Shown: positions 8,465 to 17,466, numbered from the stretch's first letter. The stretch is 50,678 nucleotides of DNA from a virus (IMGVR_UViG_3300017766_003084:1-50678), one strand, 5' to 3'. The notes: a model not told the origin generated them from the sequence alone. A program made the numbers and translations.

Positions 8465-8707
8465 CTACTCTTCGCTGTACTGGTGTGTTGCACAAGCAAA
8501 CAGTCCTGCAGAGATCCAGTTGCCGAGTGCGTCAGTCACGGTTTTCAGTGCCCGTGTTGCATTCGTGAAACTGTCGTATGTCTCACTGCTCTTCAGAACG
8601 ATCTCGCCGTTCCCTGCAGTCAGTCGCAACCAGTGCTGCTTCCCATCCTGACTGCTTACAATGTCGATGCTCCACTGACGCTTATTGCTTTTCGCCTTCT
8701 TAGCCAC
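8465..8707 (-). CDS. YegP/DUF1508-like protein
   Basis: WLRLTAGNGEIVLKSSETYDSFTNATRAL matches the DUF1508 pattern. GGAGG RBS precedes a GTG start. Confidence 0.75.
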   Translation of the reverse strand: MAKKAKSNKRQWSIDIVSSQDGKQHWLRLTAGNGEIVLKSSETYDSFTNATRALKTVTDALGNWISAGLFACATHQYSEE

Positions 8708-9075
8708 TGTGAAATCCTCCACACAAACACTGCGTAAAATCTGACAGCGAACCACATAGCCCACCGTCTCCAACGAACAACACCTGAGCGTCTCAGCAGC
8801 ATCAGAAAGATCGAGTCAGCGACCATACGGTCCTCGAATGTTTCACTGCCCTCACAGATCCTGTCATGCCAGTAAGACGCCTGCCTCAGTTCTGGTGATA
8901 ATGGGTGCCCGATTATCCACCGCATGTAACGAGGAATACTGGCACCGTCCCAACTGCTCCCGACCTGTTCTACCAGACGCATCTGTATATTGTTTGGCAG
9001 AAACTCAAGAGACAGATACTCAGTCATAAACGTTAGTCGTTCACCTTCAAGACATATAGGGAAGTTGTCTCTCAT
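8656..9075 (-). CDS. DUF1353-like protein
   Basis: DGASIPR...ASYWHD...ADSIF...MWFAVR pattern. Confidence 0.8.
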   Translation of the reverse strand: MRDNFPICLEGERLTFMTEYLSLEFLPNNIQMRLVEQVGSSWDGASIPRYMRWIIGHPLSPELRQASYWHDRICEGSETFEDRMVADSIFLMLLRRSGVVRWRRWAMWFAVRFYAVFVWRISQWLRRRKAISVSGASTL

Positions 9076-9085
9076 TCCTGCTCTT

Positions 9086-9424
9086 TCAGTCAACAATACA
9101 CATTGCACACGGATACACGACTGGACGGCCAAAGCAGTCCTTCTCTCCCAGATCCACCAATTTACACCCACCGCATTCACTGCACACAGGTTCAGGCTTA
9201 TTTCTGGACCTGCGAGTCCTTTGTCTCCTGACTCGCGGCTTGCGGGGAGCACGGGGCTTCCGCTCCTTTACCTTGCCAGATCGCACAGGCTCGCTTATAA
9301 CGCGATCCGATTGTCCGGACGATAGATCAGTCATCTGTGCCAGCAACGACCTCTCAGCGTTGACTACAAGCACAGTGCGACCCACGCTGTACAGTTCTTT
9401 GTTCAGTTGGTGTATGGATGTCAC
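9086..9424 (-). CDS. Basic hypothetical protein with C-terminal Cys cluster
   Basis: CSECGGC...C...CAMC after an Arg/Lys-rich stretch. Start codon uncertain. Confidence 0.5.
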   Translation of the reverse strand: MTSIHQLNKELYSVGRTVLVVNAERSLLAQMTDLSSGQSDRVISEPVRSGKVKERKPRAPRKPRVRRQRTRRSRNKPEPVCSECGGCKLVDLGEKDCFGRPVVYPCAMCIVD

Positions 9425-9515
9425 TTCTCAGACTCCTTCTGTTCGTGGTCAAAACTGTAGTCATCGTCGTCATCAATGTCATCGCCGGGACCGCCTGAGT
9501 CTTGTTGCTCGTCGT

Positions 9516-9839
9516 TCACTTGCCTTCCTCCCTCTGAATCTGTGGTTCTGCTGCTGCCATGTTTTTCGCTGCCGTCCAGATCAGATCGAACTGCAGATCG
9601 ACACCATACACGGTGCTCATAATCGCCACCGCGAACTGCCGTGTCAGTTTTTGCAAATCCTCCTGCTCCGGCGTAATGCTGGCGTCGGCCCACTCGCCGC
9701 ACCAACAAGACTTGTGCGTTGATGGAAAGCACTCGTCACTGTTCGAAATGATCGGCGGTCGCCTGTGGCAATAGCCGTATCCTGTCGGCCCTGCACTCCA
9801 CCATCGACAATTCTCACACGTTCGCTCTGGCATTGTCAT
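9516..9839 (-). CDS. Cys-rich phage protein
   Basis: CENCRWW...GYCHRRPP...FP.T...WCGEW motif, ATGA coupling and GGAGG RBS. Confidence 0.75.
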   Translation of the reverse strand: MTMPERTCENCRWWSAGPTGYGYCHRRPPIISNSDECFPSTHKSCWCGEWADASITPEQEDLQKLTRQFAVAIMSTVYGVDLQFDLIWTAAKNMAAAEPQIQREEGK

Positions 9840-10369
9840 ACCTCCTTTTGTTTGTCCATCAGCTTTACCAGCATATCGACGTAGTGCAGTGCTTTATGCA
9901 CGTCTGTGTGAGCACTGTCTTTGTGACCCATACGCATCAGGTACTTCAGAGCATTGCCGCGAAGGAATCCTCTGAGTTCTTCCGGACTCATGCAGGATTC
10001 CATCACGTCAATCGGTTGATGCTTCATCTTCTTGTAATGGTCTCCACCAACCTGCATGTTGCCCGTGAGTGTTTCTGAAGAAGTAGACTGTGGTTTTTCA
10101 GGTGCTTGTGGAGGAAGTGGGAAGTCGGGCAGACGCGATACGATGTCGCACTGTGAATTTCCCGGATTGTCGTTTAGAAAATTACCTACAATGTCCCAGA
10201 TGTGATCTGTGTCTACCTTGTCGCCGTCTATAATCTCACCTTCCCAAGGCCACTCTGCCTTATCTTCTTCGCAGTGGTTTTCTCGAATGCACGCTATGAG
10301 ACCGTTTCTCAACAGATACCTGCCCGGCCTTAAAGGCAGTTCCAGAGGGGTGGTCTTTTGCTCGCTCAT
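9836..10369 (-). CDS. DUF3310 / T7 gp1.7-like protein (putative nucleotide kinase) with N-terminal extension
   Basis: QVGGDHY...IDVM...GFLRGNALKYLMRMGHK...DVHKALHY. Confidence 0.8.
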   Translation of the reverse strand: MSEQKTTPLELPLRPGRYLLRNGLIACIRENHCEEDKAEWPWEGEIIDGDKVDTDHIWDIVGNFLNDNPGNSQCDIVSRLPDFPLPPQAPEKPQSTSSETLTGNMQVGGDHYKKMKHQPIDVMESCMSPEELRGFLRGNALKYLMRMGHKDSAHTDVHKALHYVDMLVKLMDKQKEV

Positions 10370-10650
10370 GTTTTTCTCTCCGCTATGGTTTTCTTGAGGT
10401 GACAAGGCTTACACAAGGTTTGCAGGTTGCAGTCGTCGTCAGATCCTCCCTGCACAAGAGGAATGATGTGATCGACTTCGAGGTTTGACTCGGGGAATGG
10501 TTGACTGCAGTGATTACACAGGAATGAATCTCGTGAGAGTATTCGCATCCGGCGTTTGCTGCGTCCTTTACGCTTCGAGAGGAAGGCTTCACCCGCCACT
10601 CGTTCGCGGTCTCGGTTTGGGTCTGGGATTCGGACGGTTGGGATTTTCAT
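10366..10650 (-). CDS. HNH endonuclease (HK97 gp74-like)
   Basis: RD..LCNHC...EVDHIIPLVQGGSDDDCNLQTLCKPCHLKKT. Confidence 0.9.
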   Translation of the reverse strand: MKIPTVRIPDPNRDRERVAGEAFLSKRKGRSKRRMRILSRDSFLCNHCSQPFPESNLEVDHIIPLVQGGSDDDCNLQTLCKPCHLKKTIAERKT

Positions 10651-11932
10651 TGAGCACCTTCAGGAAAGCATCCTTGATGTAGGGGTTACAGTGGAGATGG
10701 GGAACTGACCGACCACGTGCCGGTCGATGTGTTTCTGAGTCAGTAGTAAGTATGCCGAGAGATTCCAAATCGTCAATACGACGACTGATGGTCTCCAGCG
10801 GAATGTTGCAAAGTGCGGCGATCGACTGACGGTTCAGCCCTTTGCTCTTTGCAATGGTACTGATGATGTTGAACTGTCTGCCGTAACTGGTGTCCTTACC
10901 GACTTTGATCAGCAGTGAGCGAATGCGAGGTGTGATCCTTGTTTCGCTCAGAACGTAACAGAGGCACAGTGCCAGACGAGACAACTGCTTTACGACTCGT
11001 GTACTGCCCTCCGGGGAAGCGTCGTACAGGAGTTCTGAAGGTGAACCATGTTCTCTGACTCGGGGTGCCTGAGCACGACTGCAGGCGATTACGTCACCGA
11101 TAGCCTGAATCAGAGACTTGTCGGACTGTGTGTATCCGGGACGCAGGATCTCTTCGTTCCTGATTCGAGTGTGCAGATGACTCAGCAGTCCTGCAGTGTA
11201 GGCACGTTGCTTAGGGAAACTGCGGGAGTCTCCTGCTTCGTTACCTTCCAGATTGGTACGGGCAGCAGACTGAAAGATCGAGTCGATAGCACGACTGTTA
11301 CGGTCTACTTCCACGTCTCGGGAGGTGTCCAGTCGGCAGTGAAGGAATCGCTCGCCGAGTGCAGACATGTTCAGCGAGTAGATTCGTTCCGTTATGCCAA
11401 TGACCATACCGAATGAGATGTTACTGAATGAAGCTGAGACACCGTTGCGGTACTCAGCGTTCAGTGAGCCGTCAAAGATGTCTCGCAGTTCCCCGTAGAC
11501 GTTTGCCAGTTGCTGCTGTGATGACTCCAAGAGAAGCGTGCCGTCCTTGATAACGACACACTTCCCCTGAAGCATGGGGATCAGGTGAGTGCCCTGACGT
11601 GACCCAGACACAAGCCCGGTGAACTTACTCAGACTTCGAGTGTGAATCTCGTCCGAAGCGATCAGTTCGCAGATTGTAGACTTCCCGCTCGATGGAGCAC
11701 CGACAAGGTAAATCCACAACGGATCACCTTCCAGAGCCACAGCGAGATGAGTTGCCATACAGATTGCAAGACAGTCCTCAAGTGATTGAGTAACAGACAT
11801 ATCCTGTCTGTAAATCTCGATCAGTTTGTGGAATGACGTACAAGCTTGCGGCTGAATGCTTACAACCTCGCTCAGATCAATTTCTGAGAGAGAAACTCTA
11901 ATCAGGTCAACGAACTGTGTCGGGGTAGTCAT
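10589..11932 (-). CDS. P-loop (AAA+-like) ATPase, putative replicative helicase, with C-terminal winged HTH
   Basis: Walker A GAPSSGKS, LGERF Arg-finger-like motif, C-terminal HTH (RQSIAALCNIPLETISRRIDDLESLG), directly downstream of the primase. Confidence 0.7.
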   Translation of the reverse strand: MTTPTQFVDLIRVSLSEIDLSEVVSIQPQACTSFHKLIEIYRQDMSVTQSLEDCLAICMATHLAVALEGDPLWIYLVGAPSSGKSTICELIASDEIHTRSLSKFTGLVSGSRQGTHLIPMLQGKCVVIKDGTLLLESSQQQLANVYGELRDIFDGSLNAEYRNGVSASFSNISFGMVIGITERIYSLNMSALGERFLHCRLDTSRDVEVDRNSRAIDSIFQSAARTNLEGNEAGDSRSFPKQRAYTAGLLSHLHTRIRNEEILRPGYTQSDKSLIQAIGDVIACSRAQAPRVREHGSPSELLYDASPEGSTRVVKQLSRLALCLCYVLSETRITPRIRSLLIKVGKDTSYGRQFNIISTIAKSKGLNRQSIAALCNIPLETISRRIDDLESLGILTTDSETHRPARGRSVPHLHCNPYIKDAFLKVLNENPNRPNPRPKPRPRTSGG

Positions 11933-11933
11933 T

Positions 11934-12698
11934 TCAGGTTCTCATTGTGTTCCAGAGGTCGCGGATATCAAACTTGTCAGGAATGGTTTCTGAAGAAGGA
12001 ATAGATACCTTAGTCCAGTCGAGGTATGACAGCGACTCGACTGAGATACCAGAACCTTTCAGACGACGGGCGACTGACTGGACTCCTGACTGTCCCGCTT
12101 CATCGTTGTCGAACAGCAGGACGACTTTCTTCCCGTCCAGCAGGTGCAGGTACGACTGACTGAAACTGCTGCCGCAAGTCCCCAGCAGATCAATACCTGT
12201 AGACTTCAGAACCTGACGCATGATAAGATAATCGGCGTGTCCTTCTGCCACCCAGATTTCTGAAGAAGAAGATAATTGGCTCAATCCGAGGATGCTGCAG
12301 TTCCACGGCTTTGGACTGCTGTAAGCAATGTTGTTCTGCGGATTGTACTTGTGCAGAGCGATCAATTTGCTGTCAGCGTTGTAGACCGGGAACCAGTAGT
12401 ATCCTGAATCAAATCGTACTCCCTCACTCCTGAGTGTTTGGAATACGACACCCTTCTTTCTGTTCAGAAATTCACGAGCGGCTGGAGGTGAGAGTTCCGG
12501 AAGATCGTCGTAGAACTTACGCATCAAAGTCAAAGCGTTACCTGACTCTTTACACTTCCAGCACTGGTATACGTTACCTTCTGCCTTGCGGACAGACATC
12601 TTCTCAGAGGCACACCAAGGACAAGTGATGTTCCAGTCGTCGCCGTTGTTTTTGTAAGGCATTTCGAGGTGATCAAATAGTTTCATTTCCGCGGTCAT
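11934..12698 (-). CDS. DNA primase (Zn ribbon + TOPRIM)
   Basis: CPWC...CWKC, WVAEGHAD and LLFDNDEAG. Confidence 0.9.
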   Translation of the reverse strand: MTAEMKLFDHLEMPYKNNGDDWNITCPWCASEKMSVRKAEGNVYQCWKCKESGNALTLMRKFYDDLPELSPPAAREFLNRKKGVVFQTLRSEGVRFDSGYYWFPVYNADSKLIALHKYNPQNNIAYSSPKPWNCSILGLSQLSSSSEIWVAEGHADYLIMRQVLKSTGIDLLGTCGSSFSQSYLHLLDGKKVVLLFDNDEAGQSGVQSVARRLKGSGISVESLSYLDWTKVSIPSSETIPDKFDIRDLWNTMRT

Positions 12699-12919
12699 TG
12701 TCGTCTCCAGCTTTGTGCGTTTGGACCGCCTTGACTTGTCGGTTGCGTGTGAACTGCAGGCTTTGTTTTCCTGACAGTCAGCCACGCAATGAATTCTGAT
12801 AAAAGAAGTAGAAACACAATCAGAAGCAGTGAAGAGCCTAATCCGACTGTGAAACCGAACGTGAACTCTCGATGCTTAGTAATGATTTCAGTTATCATAG
12901 CCTCTTGCAAATCCCCCAT
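12695..12919 (-). CDS. Small membrane protein
   Basis: One hydrophobic helix. ATGA coupling to the primase. Start codon uncertain. Confidence 0.55.
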   Translation of the reverse strand: MGDLQEAMITEIITKHREFTFGFTVGLGSSLLLIVFLLLLSEFIAWLTVRKTKPAVHTQPTSQGGPNAQSWRRQ

Positions 12920-13619
12920 CAGGTTCTGTTGGTTGAGTGGTGACGCCGATCATCTTGTTGACTGCTGGGTAGAAGTTATTATCTACCTCAGTGAAAGGTA
13001 AAGCCTTAAACAAAGCAGATAAGCTATTAAGGAACGGCCTTCCTTCAGCACGAAACAACAGTTCTGCAATACCGACAGCAATCATACGGATTTCACGCTG
13101 AGCATTACTGGCAGATCGCAGAGAGTAGAAGTGCATGAACGACCGCATGTTGAACTGCACAACAGATTCAATCTGTGTGGTGTACGGCAGAAAGTAACGA
13201 GCAATTTCTTTTGCTCGCTGTCGTCCCATCGTTGCTGTCAGTGAGGTGCAGGTTTGATGGTAAAGTTTTGCACAGATTTCATGGTGCATGTGTAATGCGT
13301 TCATCACTTCAGTAGGGCAGTCGTCAGGAATAAGGAACTGATCTTCCTTACGCTCCTTGTAGCGTGCTGACTGACTGTTGATACTGACTCCGACTCGATG
13401 CTTCAACAACTGAATGTGTGTCGCTACGTCAACGACGATGCGAACACGGAACGAAGCCTGTTCGAATGGAGTGTGGTGCCCGTTCCTGTACAGCCAAGCG
13501 ATGAAGTCAGGTACCCGATTCTTACGTTCCTCGGTAAGTTCTGAAGAAGTAGATGTCCATGCTGCCAGTGCGATGGTGGTGTCGTTGCCCTGAATGTCGA
13601 GTAGTTCAATTGTGTTCAT
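12888..13619 (-). CDS. thyX: Flavin-dependent thymidylate synthase
   Basis: GHHTPFEQ, QLLKHR...SINSQSARY, ARYFLP, NMRSFMHF..LR, AQREIR. Confidence 0.92.
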   Translation of the reverse strand: MNTIELLDIQGNDTTIALAAWTSTSSELTEERKNRVPDFIAWLYRNGHHTPFEQASFRVRIVVDVATHIQLLKHRVGVSINSQSARYKERKEDQFLIPDDCPTEVMNALHMHHEICAKLYHQTCTSLTATMGRQRAKEIARYFLPYTTQIESVVQFNMRSFMHFYSLRSASNAQREIRMIAVGIAELLFRAEGRPFLNSLSALFKALPFTEVDNNFYPAVNKMIGVTTQPTEPDGGFARGYDN

Positions 13620-13668
13620 AAATGTTGGTCCTCGTGTTCGTTGAATGACTTCTTACACATAGCTACTT

Positions 13669-13923
13669 TCACAGTTCCACCTCTACCATACCAAAGCAGA
13701 TCATAAGGCCGATGTCGCGTATCAACTCACCGTAAGACGGCACCACGTAATCTTCGAATGTCAGGCTGTATTCGTGGTGTTCCAGCATAATTTCACGAAG
13801 TGTCATTGGGCTGTTACTGAGTGCGTGTATTCCGATACCGGCAATACCTTTAGGGTGGCTACCCTCTAAATTGGCTACTCTGCTGAATTTTATTGCGGAG
13901 GATAACGGATCAATTGTGCTCAT
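13669..13923 (-). CDS. Hypothetical protein, 84 aa
   Basis: AGGAG RBS and ATGA coupling. Confidence 0.65.
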   Translation of the reverse strand: MSTIDPLSSAIKFSRVANLEGSHPKGIAGIGIHALSNSPMTLREIMLEHHEYSLTFEDYVVPSYGELIRDIGLMICFGMVEVEL

Positions 13924-14105
13924 GGTTTCTGCTCCTCTATATCATCTGACCTGAAAAAACACACAAACATTCCAACGATAAATCCCAGCAGTAATACAGC
14001 AAAACTTACCAAGGCGTACAGCAACAGAAGTACGACCGCAGCTTCCAGCAAATAACTGATCAGAGCCACGAGGAACTGGAATACCGGGTAGAACATTTCG
14101 ATCAT
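13920..14105 (-). CDS. Small membrane protein
   Basis: Almost entirely hydrophobic. AGGAG RBS and ATGA coupling. Confidence 0.65.
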   Translation of the reverse strand: MIEMFYPVFQFLVALISYLLEAAVVLLLLYALVSFAVLLLGFIVGMFVCFFRSDDIEEQKP

Positions 14106-14554
14106 GGTTTCTGCTCCTTGTTCATCTGAATCTTCTTCGCTGTCCAACCTTCGAGCCACTTACGTTCATCTGGAGAACTGGTAGCATACTTACCGCCTGA
14201 CTTTCTAAACGGACAAGCTGAGTCAGGTATTCCGTTTTCTGCTGCTGTCATTCCTTGCTGGTAGATCTCCTGATAGCGTGCTTCTTTTCTACGGATGTTT
14301 TCATCACAGTTTCTCCCCATGAAGTAAAATCCGCAGATAGGGTAGAATATCAGTGATGCTAATATGTAGGCACCAAAGTATATCCAAGGTTTGCTGACTT
14401 CATCGTTTCTGCGGTTTCTCCAATGTTCAAGGTAAAACTCATGGTTCTTTTCGTCTCCATACAGTCCCCAACCACAAAACAACAGAAGGTGAATAAAAAA
14501 CAGTATGAAGAACCATCCGGCTATTGCTTCGTTGGTCTCGTAACTGAACATCAT
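14102..14554 (-). CDS. Membrane protein with C-terminal Rmf-like motif
   Basis: Two hydrophobic helices followed by YQQGMTAAENG...CPF...WLEGW. Confidence 0.7.
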   Translation of the reverse strand: MMFSYETNEAIAGWFFILFFIHLLLFCGWGLYGDEKNHEFYLEHWRNRRNDEVSKPWIYFGAYILASLIFYPICGFYFMGRNCDENIRRKEARYQEIYQQGMTAAENGIPDSACPFRKSGGKYATSSPDERKWLEGWTAKKIQMNKEQKP

Positions 14555-16548
14555 GGTCTCCTGATCTTGACTGACTTGTCCCATCGGGTGAAACACAATT
14601 CAGGATCGACCGGGGCTTTGACCCCATAGTCTGCTCCTGCTTTCTCCATCAGTTCTGTCAATGCCCAGACATGCTTCTTGGGGAAGCGTGCTGGCATTTC
14701 GAATACTAACTCATCGTGGCACTGCAATGCAATCCTTCCCTGAGGAAATTCTGAAAGGAAATAATCATGGCAGTATTTCATGGCACGCTTGACGATGACG
14801 CCCTCTGTGCCCTGAACGATGTAGTTCACACCGGCGTGTGCCTTGAACTCAAAGCTGCCACTCCACTGCGAAAACGTCTGTTGCAGGGCCAGAGGGTAGT
14901 CACCACGTGTTTTCACTATCCCTGTTTCTCGGATCTGATCTTTCGTCGCTTCAATGAAAGCGTGGGCATTCGGGAACAATTCGCAGACAGTATCCCAGAG
15001 ACCGGGGATTCCTGCCGTTGTCTCGATCTTCCTCGGACTGGCACCGAAGATAAACCCGAAGTTCACGTTCTTTGCGATACGACGCTGTCCCTTGCTGGGT
15101 GACTCATTGTCCGGCACGTTGAAGATCTTACGTGCAACGAAGTCGTGAGCGTCCCAGCCACGGTCAAACGCATCAATCATTTCCTGCTCTTCAGTGACTG
15201 CTGCAAAGATCCTCAACTGAAGCTGAGAGTAATCGCAGTCGAGCCACCAGTACCCGTCTGAAGGACCAAAGCAGGATCGCATTGACGGACTGGCTTTGAG
15301 CCACTTCGCAATGTCCGGGTGATCCTCTTCGTATGGATTGCTGGCTTTTGTCACCTGCTGCAGGTTCGGCTTCTCTGCACTGAATCGAGTCGTCTTTGTG
15401 CCGCAGATCTTGAATGACGGGTTGATGTGAGTCCCGACCATGCCTTCTCTGTAACCAACGAGGAACTGCAGTTTCTTTTGGTACTTCTTCAATGAGAGGT
15501 ACTGACCGAGGAACTGAAACTCTTTGCTGTCAGGTTCTGCTTCATCGTGGAGACGTAAGAGAGTTGCGGCATCGACTGAAGGCTTACCCTTCTTTGTCTC
15601 TTTGACTGCATCAACTCCCCATGTGTCGAAGAACAACACTCTCAGCTTGTCGTCTGTAATTACTTCAAGACCGCTGAGCCGCTTGCAGTTTTCTGAAAGG
15701 ATAGAGATGTAGTGTTCACAAGCGTCAATGGCTGCTGTGAGTTCCACAGTACGCACACGGACACCGAGCGTCTCCATCTTCCATACGACGTGCTCTACCT
15801 GCTTGTTGACGCTCAGGAGCGTAGCCAGATCGTCACCGTGACGTTCCTGCAGTTCAGCGAGGAACATAGCAGCAAGATCCCACGTGTTCCTGCAGTCGTC
15901 CTTCAGGTAGTTCTCGCAGACTCCACCGATGAGAGTATTCGGGAGTTTCGGTCGTAGTGCCTCTGGAACGAGTCGGTAAACTGCTGCTGGAAGCCAGTAG
16001 TCCATTCGAGTCCCGTCAAGGCTGGATGCACTGCTTCGCAGGGTGGGGTGCTGGTCATTTCGCTCGTCTGCGATGATCCAGTCGGGGTGATGCTTGCGGG
16101 CGTAGGCACGGCACTTGTTGACGATGGTGCAGAGTTTCTTTTCACTTTCGTATCCTCGTTCAAGATACTTGCGTGTCAGTTGGTCCAGCCCGAGAAAGTC
16201 ACTGCTGTTGTGCAGGTGAGCAAGCATCAGCGTGTCGAGAATGTAAGTCCAGAATGACTCTTCGCTGGGTGCTTCCCACGGCAGGATACCTGCTTCACAC
16301 AGGGCTTTCAAATCGAATCCGGCATTGTGCATCACGACCAGTTCTCGGTCGCTGCTGAGCATTGCATTCTCGATGCACGATACAATGGTAGGAGAGAAGT
16401 CTCGACGACGCTTACGTGTCAGCGGATCAATGCCAGCATGATCAGCGAGATATCTCTTTGCGTTGTCTCCGTTGTAGACTCCGATTGCAAACGTCGTGCA
16501 ACCGCTCATGAGGTGTAAACCAGTCGTTTCTGTATCGAGTCCCAGCAT
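14551..16548 (-). CDS. Family A DNA polymerase with 3'-5' exonuclease domain
   Basis: ExoI DTETTG, ExoII HNAGFD, TTRFSAEKPNLQQ, motif A DYSQLQLR, motif B RRIAKNVNFGFIFG, motif C CHDELVFE. Confidence 0.95.
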   Translation of the reverse strand: MLGLDTETTGLHLMSGCTTFAIGVYNGDNAKRYLADHAGIDPLTRKRRRDFSPTIVSCIENAMLSSDRELVVMHNAGFDLKALCEAGILPWEAPSEESFWTYILDTLMLAHLHNSSDFLGLDQLTRKYLERGYESEKKLCTIVNKCRAYARKHHPDWIIADERNDQHPTLRSSASSLDGTRMDYWLPAAVYRLVPEALRPKLPNTLIGGVCENYLKDDCRNTWDLAAMFLAELQERHGDDLATLLSVNKQVEHVVWKMETLGVRVRTVELTAAIDACEHYISILSENCKRLSGLEVITDDKLRVLFFDTWGVDAVKETKKGKPSVDAATLLRLHDEAEPDSKEFQFLGQYLSLKKYQKKLQFLVGYREGMVGTHINPSFKICGTKTTRFSAEKPNLQQVTKASNPYEEDHPDIAKWLKASPSMRSCFGPSDGYWWLDCDYSQLQLRIFAAVTEEQEMIDAFDRGWDAHDFVARKIFNVPDNESPSKGQRRIAKNVNFGFIFGASPRKIETTAGIPGLWDTVCELFPNAHAFIEATKDQIRETGIVKTRGDYPLALQQTFSQWSGSFEFKAHAGVNYIVQGTEGVIVKRAMKYCHDYFLSEFPQGRIALQCHDELVFEMPARFPKKHVWALTELMEKAGADYGVKAPVDPELCFTRWDKSVKIRRP

Positions 16549-16564
16549 TTGAGTTCCTTCTGTT

Positions 16565-16604
16565 AAAAAGAGAGGACCACCTGCCTTGCGACAAGTGATC
16601 CTCC
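16565..16604 (-). terminator. Rho-independent terminator
   Basis: On the - strand: GGAGGAUCACUUGUC-GCAA-GGCAGGUGGUCCUCU followed by CUUUUU. GNRA loop, and the G-U pairs form only on this strand. Confidence 0.8.
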
Positions 16605-16628
16605 ATCGGGGGTTGACTACAGGCTGAA

Positions 16629-17435
16629 TCAGAACGGTACGAGGTTCAGGTCCGTGTACTTCACACGAACACGCTTCCCGTCCAGTTCCAGCACGACTGT
16701 CCTTGCCGTGTCGTCAGCGTCCACCACAGTGTACGTGAGTTCTTTCTTGGTCTTTGGATTGGTCCAACCGACTTCGTAACCAACCCAAGCTGAAGGTTCG
16801 TAGTCCTCGTGCTGAGTCGGTGCATTCGTCGGAACTGCATCTTCGACTTCCTCGACTGCATCTTCAGATTCCGGGGTGTCGAGATCTTCGACTTCACTCT
16901 CTTCGTTCTCGACTTTAGTAGTCTCTTCGCTGTACTCCGACTCTTCCTCGGTCCATTCGCCCTGAGTCTTGTAGGCACTGCGAATGTTGAAGTACATACG
17001 ACCATTGCCGGACTTACCGGGCACTGCGGAGATAATGAACATGCTGTTCTTCTTCGCCAGCAAGTCCTTCTCGATGTCGCCGATTTCACGATCGGAAGTC
17101 GTGAGACCCATTCGCTGAATGTCCATCATCAGGCGGTCAAGACCCTGCTCAGCCGTTGCACGATCAGAGTCTGACAGACTGTGAATGATGCTGCACTGTG
17201 AGCCGTTGTGCTCTTCCTGTCCGTCGATTGAGCCGTCCACAACAAACCGCAGAATTGCGTAGGTCGCACCGTCCTTCACGATCATTCGCAGCGTGTCAAA
17301 CTTGCAGATCACGTCACCGGCGGGACCAGCGTAATCGCGGTTGCCGACAGCGTTGGTTGCAGCTTTGGCGTGCTTCTTGAGACGCTGATTCTTCTTGATC
17401 ACATCGGACAGAGAAACGTTGGTATTGTCAGCCAT
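16629..17435 (-). CDS. Putative single-stranded DNA-binding protein
   Basis: Lies between the AAA ATPase and the polymerase. Beta-rich N-terminal domain, long acidic linker, C-terminal PF. Confidence 0.55.
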   Translation of the reverse strand: MADNTNVSLSDVIKKNQRLKKHAKAATNAVGNRDYAGPAGDVICKFDTLRMIVKDGATYAILRFVVDGSIDGQEEHNGSQCSIIHSLSDSDRATAEQGLDRLMMDIQRMGLTTSDREIGDIEKDLLAKKNSMFIISAVPGKSGNGRMYFNIRSAYKTQGEWTEEESEYSEETTKVENEESEVEDLDTPESEDAVEEVEDAVPTNAPTQHEDYEPSAWVGYEVGWTNPKTKKELTYTVVDADDTARTVVLELDGKRVRVKYTDLNLVPF

Positions 17436-17466
17436 AGTTCACCTTCAAACTTTCTGAGAAAAGAAA

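Noticed and set aside
9421-9732. ORF 9421-9732 as a full-length gene
   Set aside because: Most of it overlaps the better-supported 9516-9839 gene. Only a short acidic 3' part starting near 9519 could be real, and I cannot support it.
12888-13619. ThyX motif reads KHR instead of RHR, suggesting changed function
   Set aside because: It is a conservative change, and the other motifs (SxRY, HxxPFE, AQxEIR) are intact.
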